Shown here piece after piece: positions 56,195 through 64,000 of a stretch of 64,000 bases of DNA; position 1 is the stretch's first letter; every line of letters begins with the position of its first letter. The DNA comes from an uncultured Acidobacteriota bacterium (GTDB lineage: Bacteria; Acidobacteriota; Thermoanaerobaculia; Multivoradales; UBA5704). The notes below the pieces were generated by a model. It was given only the letters and a program-made list of their open reading frames with translations. It did not search any database and was not told the DNA's origin. The translations under genes and the position numbers were made by a program. Where the stretch lies: assembly GCA_963770895.1 (NCBI GenBank), contig CAVYRF010000002.1:128001-192000 (forward strand). Direction: 5' to 3'.

Positions 56195-57781
56195 ATGAAT
56201 CCCAAGCCTCCCGGGACGCCTGGGCCGGCCAGCTTCCAGGACGTCGGCCGCCTGACGCTGTTCTCGTACACGGTCGAGCCTCTGGCCTGGATGTACCGGG
56301 CTGTCATGCGCCACTTCCTGGAGGCCAAGGCTCGCTACCGCATCCAGCTGCGCCCCGATGAGATCGCCGCAGAGCTGCGGCTCTCCCTGCCCGTGGGCCA
56401 GGAACTTGTGCAGTCCTCCGTCGAGCGCTGCCTCGATAGCCTGGTTGAATGGGGCAATCTGCGGCGCAGCCACGACACGGGGAGGGTGGCGACGCTCGAT
56501 GATTTCAGGCGGCGTCACTTCGTGTACCAGATGACGCCGGCGGGAGAGGTGGCCGAGCGCGCGGTGGCCGAAGTGCTCGATGCGCTGGAGAGGAGCGGCT
56601 CCCTGCAACGGGTGATGCTCGGAACCATCCGGCGCAGCTTGGCGGCGATCGCGGCCGAAGTGGACACCGGCAGCCCGCGGCCCGAAACGCTCTTCGAGCA
56701 GCTGTTCAACGTCACCGAGCAGTTCAATGCGCTGACGCAAAATGCCGGCACGTTCCTCACCCGCCTCAACGAGGCGATCGATCGCGGCGAAGTGAACGCC
56801 GACGCGTTCATTATCTACAAGCAGGCGGTGATCGAATACCTGGACAGCTTCATCGGCGAGCTGTCGCGGGAAGCGCCGCGCATTGCCGAAACCATCGTGC
56901 GGATCGAGCAGGCCGGAGCGGAGCGCATGGTCGGTCTCGCGGCCTCGGCGGATGCCGCGCCGACGCCGCTCGGACTGGCCGATCCAGCGGCCAGGCTGCT
57001 CCAGAAGTGGCGGGGGATCGCCACCTGGTTCGTCGGCAGCGGTCAGGAGCCGCCCACGGTCGAGCTGTTGCGCTCTGCCGCACGCGGCGCGATCAATCGC
57101 ATCCTGCTGGTGCTCGAACGGCTGCACGAAAAGCGTTTCCGCCGCGTCAGCCGTACCGCCGACCTGCTGCGGCTGGCCGCCTGGTTCGACAGCCTGAGCC
57201 AGGAGCAGGAAGGCGGGCATCGCGCGCACCGCCTTTTCCAGGCCGCATTCGGTCTTTTCGGTTGCCGGCACCTGAGCGCGCGCGAGGAGGACGCCGATCT
57301 CACCTGGCCGGGCATGAGTTGGTGGGATGCGCCGGCCGTCGCCATCTCGCCGGCGCTGCGCGCCACAGGGCGCGTCTCCATGGCCGGCAGGCCGGCGCAG
57401 ATCGCCGACCACTCGCGCGAGAAACGCATGCTGGCCGATCGCCTGCGCGGTCGTCGCGCGGCCGTCGAGGCTGCGCTCGCCCGCTTCGCGGGTCGCGGAC
57501 CGCAGGCCATGGCGGAGCTGCCCTTGCTGACCGCCGACGAGCTTGCCTTGCTGCTGTCGCTGCTCGATCGGCTGCTCTCGGTGGCGAGCGCAACGCCCGG
57601 CCGCCGCGTGGCGCGCAGCCGGGACGGGCGGCTGCGCATGACCCTGGAGGACCCCGCCGGAGAGGAAGGCCAGCGGCCGGCGCTGCCCCGGGTCGCGGTG
57701 AGGACGGTCGCCGGCAGCCTGACCCTGCCGGCGTACGTGCTCACCGTCGAGGATCTGATGGCGCAAAGGACGATCGCTTGA
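56195..57781 (+). CDS. jetA: Wadjet type II JetA (TIGR02677/DUF2397-like)
   Basis: YRAVMRHF, LDSLVEWGNL, DTGRVATLDDF...YQMT, YKQAVIEYL and SWWDAP motifs; first gene of four coupled genes. Confidence 0.88.
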   Translation: MNPKPPGTPGPASFQDVGRLTLFSYTVEPLAWMYRAVMRHFLEAKARYRIQLRPDEIAAELRLSLPVGQELVQSSVERCLDSLVEWGNLRRSHDTGRVATLDDFRRRHFVYQMTPAGEVAERAVAEVLDALERSGSLQRVMLGTIRRSLAAIAAEVDTGSPRPETLFEQLFNVTEQFNALTQNAGTFLTRLNEAIDRGEVNADAFIIYKQAVIEYLDSFIGELSREAPRIAETIVRIEQAGAERMVGLAASADAAPTPLGLADPAARLLQKWRGIATWFVGSGQEPPTVELLRSAARGAINRILLVLERLHEKRFRRVSRTADLLRLAAWFDSLSQEQEGGHRAHRLFQAAFGLFGCRHLSAREEDADLTWPGMSWWDAPAVAISPALRATGRVSMAGRPAQIADHSREKRMLADRLRGRRAAVEAALARFAGRGPQAMAELPLLTADELALLLSLLDRLLSVASATPGRRVARSRDGRLRMTLEDPAGEEGQRPALPRVAVRTVAGSLTLPAYVLTVEDLMAQRTIA

Positions 57782-59001
57782 CCCCGGAGCCCGCGGCCGC
57801 GGCGGAAGCCGGTGACGGCATCCTGCACGCGGAGCGCCGGCGGGCGGTCCGGCTGCTGCTGGTCCACCCGCTGGTCACCGATCGAGGCCCCGACCCCGAG
57901 GGCTTCGCCCTCGTCCGGCGCCATGCCAAGGACCTCCAGCGCTGGTTCCTGGAACGGCTTGGGTTGCGGCTGGTGGTCGAGACCGAGTTCGCCCGGCTGC
58001 ACAAGCGGTGCGCTCCCGGCGCCCGCGCGCGGCCGCTGCGCACCGCGGCCCATGACTTCGACCCGCGCCGCTATGCGCTGCTCTGCCTGGCGCTCGCGGC
58101 GCTGGAGCGCATGGAGGTGCAGACCATCCTTTCCGAGCTTGCGGGGCAGGTGGCGCTGCTCACCGCCTCGGAAGAGGGCGTGGCGCGTCTCGATCTCGAG
58201 AGCCACGCTGAGCGGCAGGCCTTTGTGGACGCCGTGCGCTGGTTGGTCGATCTCGGCGTGCTCAGCCTGACCGATGGCGAAGACAGCTCCTTTGTCGAAG
58301 GGCATGGCGACGCACTCTACGACGTCCACAGCCGGCCTCTGGCGCAGGTCCTGTCGTCCGCGATCCCAGCAACGGCCGAAGAGCTGCTGGCCGACCGACT
58401 GGACGCGGAGAGCTATCCCGACACCGAGGATGGCGCCAATCTGCGCCTCCGCCACCGGCTGATGCGTCGGCTCGTCGAGGAGCCGGTTGTCTATCTGCGC
58501 GACCTCTCGGACGCCGAGCGCAGCTACCTGACCTCGCAGCGTCCCTTCCTGATCGAGCACCTGGCGGCAGGAGCCGGCCTGGAAGTGGAGGTCCGCCGCG
58601 AGGGCCTCCTCGCCATCGACCCCTCGGGCGAACTGACGGACCTGGCCTTCCCCTCCACCGGCACGCTGTCCCATGCGGCTCTGCTCCTTGCGGAGCACCT
58701 GGCGGGCCGCGCCAGGTCGACGCCCGAGCGCAGGCTCGAGGTGCCGCGCTGCGAGCTGGAAAACGTAATGGCCGAAAGGGTCGCCCGCTACGGGCACCTG
58801 TGGAGCAAGCAGGTGCGCGACGATCCGGCGGGTGCCAGCCGCCTGCTGGACGACGCTCTCGAGCGCCTGGAGCTGATGGGGCTCATCGACCGCCGGTCCG
58901 GGAGCGTCGAGCCGCTTCCCGCCATCGCGCGCTACCGGGTGACGGAGCCCCCGCGGCCCGCCGCGCTCGCGGGCAAAACGGACGATGCCGCAATCCGCTG
59001 A
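57778..59001 (+). CDS. jetB: Wadjet type II JetB (TIGR02678/DUF2398-like)
   Basis: FARLHK, FDPRRYALLCL, RRLVEEPVVY, EVRREG and PAIARY motifs; TTG overlaps the jetA stop. Confidence 0.88.
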   Translation: MTPEPAAAAEAGDGILHAERRRAVRLLLVHPLVTDRGPDPEGFALVRRHAKDLQRWFLERLGLRLVVETEFARLHKRCAPGARARPLRTAAHDFDPRRYALLCLALAALERMEVQTILSELAGQVALLTASEEGVARLDLESHAERQAFVDAVRWLVDLGVLSLTDGEDSSFVEGHGDALYDVHSRPLAQVLSSAIPATAEELLADRLDAESYPDTEDGANLRLRHRLMRRLVEEPVVYLRDLSDAERSYLTSQRPFLIEHLAAGAGLEVEVRREGLLAIDPSGELTDLAFPSTGTLSHAALLLAEHLAGRARSTPERRLEVPRCELENVMAERVARYGHLWSKQVRDDPAGASRLLDDALERLELMGLIDRRSGSVEPLPAIARYRVTEPPRPAALAGKTDDAAIR

Positions 59002-62000
59002 CGGCGCCGATCTCCTCTTGTACCCGGCGGCCGCGGCAGCGCCGGCCGCCGATCTGCCCCGGCCGTCACGGGAGCGTTTTCAACCGCTGCGCGCCGGCAT
59101 CGTCAACCTTTGGCAGTACGACGATCAGGAGCTGCACTTTCACGACGGCAGGTTGATCCTGCGCGGCGAGAACGGCAGCGGCAAGTCAAAGGCGCTCGAA
59201 CTGCTGCTGCCGTTTCTGTTCGATGCCGACCTCTCGCCGCAGCGCCTGGATCCCTTCGGCAGCACCGCGCGCACCATGGAATGGAACCTCCTGCAGGACG
59301 GCCGCTACGAGAGCCGCGTCGGCTACGTCTGGCTGGAGCTCGGGCGGCGCGAAAATGCCGATCCAAAAGCTGCCGCCGTTCTTCCAGGCGGCGGCGAAGA
59401 GGGCGCCACCAGCGGCGCGTCCGGCATGTCCGGCGTGTCCGAGATGTTCTGGACGCTTGGCTGCGGCTTGCGCGCCAGTGAGCGCACACGCCGCGTCGAC
59501 GCATGGTACTTCCTCACCCGCCTGCGGGTCGGCGGCGGGCTCGACCTGACGTCGGGCCGCACGCCATTGCTCAAGGAACAGCTGCGGCAGGGGATCGGCT
59601 CCTCAGGGTGGGTCTTCGAGACCGGAAAGGATTACCGGGAGAAGCTCGACCAACAACTCTTTGGGCTTGGCAGCGACCGTTTCGCGACCCTCAGACACCT
59701 GCTGCTGCAGCTTCGCCGTCCCCACCTCTCCGAAAAGCTCGATCCGCGCAATCTGGCCGAGCTCCTCAAGGAGAGCCTGCCGCCTCTCGACCGCGACCGT
59801 ATCGGCGAGCTCGCCGAGGGCTTCGAGCGTTTGGAAAAGGACCAGCAAGATCTCGCCAGGGCCCAGGCGGCGGAGCGCGGCGTCAGCGCCTTCCTCCAGC
59901 TGTACCAGGACTTCGCCAGGGGCGTCGGCCGTGGCCGCGCCAGCGAGGTGCGCCAGTCCGACAGCCGTTACCACAAGACTGCCGCTGAGGTCCGCGAAGC
60001 ACAGACGGAGATCGAGACGCTCGACCGGCTCGTCGCCGAGGTCGCCGAGCGCGAACGCCACGCCGACGAAGAGATCGCCGTAGCGACCGCTGCCATCGAA
60101 ACGCTCGCCGACTCGCCGGCGATGCGCTCGGCGGGCGTCCTGCGGGTGCGCCGCGAGCAGGCGGACCTCCTGGCCCGCAGCGCCACCGATGCGGCAGAGC
60201 TGGCCGAGGGCCAGACGCGGACCGTCGCCGAGCTGCGCGGCAACCTCGCGGGCGCGAATGACGAAGAACAGCGATTGGAGGGCGAACGAGAGGTGCGCAA
60301 CACCGCCGCCGCGGAGGCGGCCCGCGGCGCCGGTCTCGATGCGGCATATGAAGCCGCGCTCCGCGCCCTGCCCGGCAACCCCGGCGCGGCCAATGCGGTG
60401 GTGGTGGAAGCGGTCCGGCGGCGGCGCGATGGGATCGCCGAGCTGCGGCGCCTGGGGATCGAGCGCGACCGCGCCCAGAGCGCCGAAGAACGTGCCGCGG
60501 ATCGGTTGCAGGAGGCGGCCGAGCAGCTGCGCGCGGCGGCGCGGCGACGCCAGGCGGCCGAGACGGAAGCCGGCGTGCAGCGCGACGCCCTCGCAGCGGC
60601 GCTCATGGTCTGGTGGAACGGCGTCGGCGAGCTGCACTTGGAGGCGACGGAGGTCGCTGCGCTGCGCGCCCAGATCGCGACGTTGACGGCATCCGAGGAA
60701 GATCGCCTGGCGGCCGCGATCGCCGCGGCGGCACGCCGGCAGCGCGACTCCCTGGTCGCCCTTCGCACCTCGCTGGCGGCCGAAATCCGTCGCGTCAGCG
60801 CAGAGACGGAAGCGGCCCAGGAGGAGAGGCGACGGGTCGCGGCGGCAGAGGAGCTGGGACCGCAGGCGCCGCCCTGGCGCAGCGCCAGCCGTGCCGAGCG
60901 GGCTGGGGCGCCGCTCTACTTGCTGTGCGACTTCGCTCCGCAGCTCGACCTTGCGTCGCGAGCCAATCTGGAGGCGGCGTTGCAGGCAGCGGGCTTGCTG
61001 GACGCGTGGGTGATGCCCGACGGCGGCGTCCTGGGGGTCCCGACCTGTGACTCTTTCGTCGTGCCGGTCCACCGCCCACCTGAATCGCTGCCCGGTCCCG
61101 CCGTCGGGCAGAGCCTGGCCAGCCTCCTGGTGGCGGTACCCGGCTATGGCGTGGGAACCGAAGTGCTGGAAGCGTTGCTGGGGTCGGTGGCAGTGGAACC
61201 GCGGCGCGCCGATCTCGGCGGCCAGAACGCCGCGTCCGCGGCGATCGCGGTCAGCGCGGTCAGCGGCGACGGCGCCTTCCGTCTGGGTGCTCTGCGCGGC
61301 GCCGCCGCCAAGACCGTCGCCGAGCACGTCGGCGCCGGTGCACGCGCCGCCGCGCGGGAGCGGCGCCTTGCCGAGCTGGCCGCGCTGGTTGCAGAGCTCG
61401 AGCGCGAGCAGCTGCTCCTCATGTCGAGCGACCAGGCGGCCGGCGCCCGCCTCGCCGACCTCGATCGCGACGTGGCGGCGGCTCCGACGTCGGCGCCGTT
61501 TCGCCGCGCCCTGGCGCAGGCGGCGGCGGCGATGGCGGACGAAGGACGCCGCGCCGCCGAACAGACCGCCGCCGCGGAACGGGCGGCGGCGGCCCAGGCG
61601 GCCCGCGCCGCCGCGCAGGACCACCTCGAAGCGCGAGCCCGGGATCTCGATCTACGGGCTCATCTCGATCGCCTGGACGAGTATGCCGACCAGTTGCGAG
61701 GCTTCGTGGGGCGGTTTCAAGCCCTCTCCGCGATCGCGCCGGAGGTGGAGCGTGCCCGCGAGCGAGCGGCGCGCGCCGCCTCCCAGCTGGAGCAGGGCGT
61801 GAGCTTGCAGGCCGAGTTTCGCCGGCGGGCTGAGGAGACAGTCGAAGCGGCAGCGTTGGCAAAGGCCAAGCACGCTGAGCTGGAGGCGGTGGCGGGAGCC
61901 GAGGCCCGCGAGGTGGTGGCACGGCATGCCGCCCATCTCGAACGTCGCGACGCCTTGGTGAAGCGGCGCAAGTCGCTGGCGGCCGAGGCCGAGGAGCAGA

Positions 62001-63214
62001 AGGTCCGGCGCGGCGGCGTCCGCGAGCGGCTCACACTCCGCCGCGCCGAGCTGGAGGAGCGCGAAACCGAGCGCACGCTCGCCGCGGCCCGCCTGCGTAA
62101 GTTTACGGATGGCGGCCTGCTGCCCATGGTGCTCGCCACACCGCCGGAGGAGGCGCCGGCATCCTGGTCGCTGACCCGCACGCTCGAGGTCGCGCGCGAC
62201 GTCGAGCGCGAGAACGACGGCGTCGACCTGTCGCCGACGGCGGCAAGCCGGCGCGCGAACCGCCTGCACGAGCGTTTCCGGTTGCTCGAATCCGAATTGG
62301 GCGCCGACTACCAGGCGAGCCTGGAGCAGGATGAGGACCTTGCCATCGTGCGGGTGCTGTACAACGGCAAGGAGCACGACGTGGCCAGCCTGCGGGCCGT
62401 GCTGCGCGACGGTATCGAAGTGCGGCGGGCGCTTCTCGCCGAGCACGAACGGGAGCTGCTGCGCCGGTTCCTGCTCGAAGAAGTGGGAGGCCACCTGCGC
62501 GACCGCCTGCAACGCGCGCGCACGCTGGTGAGGAGCATGAACGAGATTCTGGAGTCGTGCCGTACGGCCTCGGGCATGGCGCTGAAGTTGGCCTGGGATC
62601 CTGCTCCGGAGGCGCCGGGCGAAGTCCGCGAGATCGTGCGGCTGCTGCAGACCGATCTGGAGATCCTGCCCGACGGCGAGCGGCGCCGGATCGAGGTTTT
62701 CTTTCTGCGGCGGATCGAGGAGGCGCGGCAACAATGGGAGACCGTACCCTGGCGCGACCACCTGCTCGGCGCCCTCGACTACCAATCCTGGTTCGCCTTC
62801 CGCATCCTGCGGCGCTCGGCCGGCGATGATGCCTGGGAGGAACTGACCCGGCGCCGGCACGCCGCCACCTCTGGAGGGGAAAAGGCCGTGGCGTTGCACC
62901 TGCCGCTCTTTGCGGCCGCCGCGGCGCACTATCGCTCCGCTCTGGCGGTGGCGCCCCGCATCATCCTTCTCGACGAGGCCTTCGTGGGCATCGATCAATC
63001 GATGCGCGGGCGCTGCATGGGGTTGCTCGTCGCTCTCGATCTCGACTTCCTGATGACCAGCCACGACGAATGGGGATGCTACGAGGAGCTGCCCGGTGTG
63101 GCGATCGCACATCTGTCTCGCGACCCCATGCTCGATGGCGTCATGGCGGAGCACTTCGTCTGGAACGGCCGCAGCCTGCACGAGGCACCCCAGCATCCCG
63201 GAGGCGGCGGGTGA
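58985..63214 (+). CDS. jetC: Wadjet type II JetC SMC-like ATPase (TIGR02680-like)
   Basis: Walker A GENGSGKS, long coiled coils, signature SGGEKA and Walker B ILLDEAF. Confidence 0.92.
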   Translation: MPQSADGADLLLYPAAAAAPAADLPRPSRERFQPLRAGIVNLWQYDDQELHFHDGRLILRGENGSGKSKALELLLPFLFDADLSPQRLDPFGSTARTMEWNLLQDGRYESRVGYVWLELGRRENADPKAAAVLPGGGEEGATSGASGMSGVSEMFWTLGCGLRASERTRRVDAWYFLTRLRVGGGLDLTSGRTPLLKEQLRQGIGSSGWVFETGKDYREKLDQQLFGLGSDRFATLRHLLLQLRRPHLSEKLDPRNLAELLKESLPPLDRDRIGELAEGFERLEKDQQDLARAQAAERGVSAFLQLYQDFARGVGRGRASEVRQSDSRYHKTAAEVREAQTEIETLDRLVAEVAERERHADEEIAVATAAIETLADSPAMRSAGVLRVRREQADLLARSATDAAELAEGQTRTVAELRGNLAGANDEEQRLEGEREVRNTAAAEAARGAGLDAAYEAALRALPGNPGAANAVVVEAVRRRRDGIAELRRLGIERDRAQSAEERAADRLQEAAEQLRAAARRRQAAETEAGVQRDALAAALMVWWNGVGELHLEATEVAALRAQIATLTASEEDRLAAAIAAAARRQRDSLVALRTSLAAEIRRVSAETEAAQEERRRVAAAEELGPQAPPWRSASRAERAGAPLYLLCDFAPQLDLASRANLEAALQAAGLLDAWVMPDGGVLGVPTCDSFVVPVHRPPESLPGPAVGQSLASLLVAVPGYGVGTEVLEALLGSVAVEPRRADLGGQNAASAAIAVSAVSGDGAFRLGALRGAAAKTVAEHVGAGARAAARERRLAELAALVAELEREQLLLMSSDQAAGARLADLDRDVAAAPTSAPFRRALAQAAAAMADEGRRAAEQTAAAERAAAAQAARAAAQDHLEARARDLDLRAHLDRLDEYADQLRGFVGRFQALSAIAPEVERARERAARAASQLEQGVSLQAEFRRRAEETVEAAALAKAKHAELEAVAGAEAREVVARHAAHLERRDALVKRRKSLAAEAEEQKVRRGGVRERLTLRRAELEERETERTLAAARLRKFTDGGLLPMVLATPPEEAPASWSLTRTLEVARDVERENDGVDLSPTAASRRANRLHERFRLLESELGADYQASLEQDEDLAIVRVLYNGKEHDVASLRAVLRDGIEVRRALLAEHERELLRRFLLEEVGGHLRDRLQRARTLVRSMNEILESCRTASGMALKLAWDPAPEAPGEVREIVRLLQTDLEILPDGERRRIEVFFLRRIEEARQQWETVPWRDHLLGALDYQSWFAFRILRRSAGDDAWEELTRRRHAATSGGEKAVALHLPLFAAAAAHYRSALAVAPRIILLDEAFVGIDQSMRGRCMGLLVALDLDFLMTSHDEWGCYEELPGVAIAHLSRDPMLDGVMAEHFVWNGRSLHEAPQHPGGGG

Positions 63215-64000
63215 GCCCCAACCAGGAGGACGAGCCGGCCCCTCATGGGGAGCCACCTCCCGCCGCTTCCGCCCAGACGCGCGAGCTTCTGAGCTTCCTC
63301 GGCAGGCGCGACCTGGCGCGCCTCTGGCCCGAGGTCCGTGGTCGCCTGGAGCGGTTCGGCCAACCGCGCGGCACGGTGCGGCTCTCCGGAGCGACCGAGG
63401 CGGAGCGCCAGGCCGTCGCCGGCCTGTTCGGGCTGCCGATCGTCCCTGATGGCGAGCTGCGGGTGCGCCTCGATCACCTCGATCGCGCACTGCGCGCGTC
63501 CCGCTTTGCCACCGACCTTCGCACGGCGATGACCCTGCTCGGCGGGCCGCTGCGCGACCGGACGGAGGACCTGGTACGAGAGCGCCGCCGGCGCGAAGAG
63601 CTGTGGGCGGGCGCGTCGGACCATGCCACCGTGCGCACACGCCCCGATCTCCGGCGCTGGCTCGCCGAGCTGCGCGCCGGCGGCCTGGCGCGGCGCCTGG
63701 GAGGGCTGGACGGCGAGCAACGCCTGCTTCACCAGGCCCTCGACGTGCTGGGCGCCCTGGCCCTTGCGCCGGGCGGGGTGCGGCTGCCGGTGCTCGCCAG
63801 GACCACTCTCGGCCACAGCCACGGGCTGGACGCCGGCCGGCCGGTCGCCACGCTCGTCGTGCGCGCCCTCGCGTTCCTTGGCGGCCAGCCGCCGCCGCGA
63901 GGGGCCGCTGCCAGGCGGGCATGCTGGGAGCGGGCGGGGGTGATCGTCGACGATCTGAGCTGCGACGTCCTCTCCCTGGGCGTGGCGCCGCTCGGCGGCG
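63211..64000 (+). CDS. jetD: Wadjet type II JetD (TIGR02679, DUF3323/DUF2399-like), 5' part
   Basis: GTG at 63211 is open to the window end; LWPEVRGRLER, GHSHGLD and WERAGVIVDDLSCDVL motifs. Confidence 0.85.
   Translation, partial: MSPNQEDEPAPHGEPPPAASAQTRELLSFLGRRDLARLWPEVRGRLERFGQPRGTVRLSGATEAERQAVAGLFGLPIVPDGELRVRLDHLDRALRASRFATDLRTAMTLLGGPLRDRTEDLVRERRRREELWAGASDHATVRTRPDLRRWLAELRAGGLARRLGGLDGEQRLLHQALDVLGALALAPGGVRLPVLARTTLGHSHGLDAGRPVATLVVRALAFLGGQPPPRGAAARRACWERAGVIVDDLSCDVLSLGVAPLGG

Larger units (their letters stand above)
44199..64000. mobile_element. degenerate tRNA-anchored genomic (defence) island; right end not in the window
   Basis: Begins at the tRNA 3' end with an AT-rich TAAAATCAATGGGTTAG. 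Contains TA pairs, a relaxase relic, gene fragments, lower-GC patches and Wadjet. No integrase seen. Confidence 0.75.

Noticed and set aside
44199-64000. Prophage or intact ICE
   Set aside because: No integrase, phage structural genes or T4SS genes are visible, and I found no duplicate tRNA 3' end in the window.

Overview
High-GC (roughly 70%) bacterial DNA. An Acidobacteriota/Thermoanaerobaculia-like source is suggested by gene content but is inference only. Bases 1-44.2 kb look like core chromosome: a DUF177-rpmF-plsX-fabD-fabG operon with no fabH; a large GT4/membrane-glycosyltransferase/WcaJ-type glycan cluster; a histone H1-like gene; gnd-zwf-pgl; a MoxR-DUF58-transglutaminase operon; recA; an odd REC / ATPase-less HisKA-REC / acetate kinase cluster; an RdgC-like gene; an S8 protease; and a 1400-aa C25 protease. 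From tRNA-Arg(CCT) at 44122-44198 to the window end lies a decayed genomic island. It holds an MNT-HEPN pair with a nonsense-interrupted toxin, many gene fragments (AAA ATPase, HlyD, relaxase, NLR-like TPR protein with 123-bp repeats), a double-glycine-leader peptide, a Cys-rich peptide/ECF sigma/Cys-rich membrane protein module, a YefM-YoeB pair and a type II Wadjet (jetABCD) operon that runs off the end. The best leads for something undescribed are the possible acetyl-phosphate-fed signalling module, the Cys-rich ECF module, a candidate structured RNA at about 3808-3977, NrdR-like boxes on the H1-like gene promoter, and the orphan Gly-Gly precursor peptide. All family calls come from motif recognition by eye; no searches were run.
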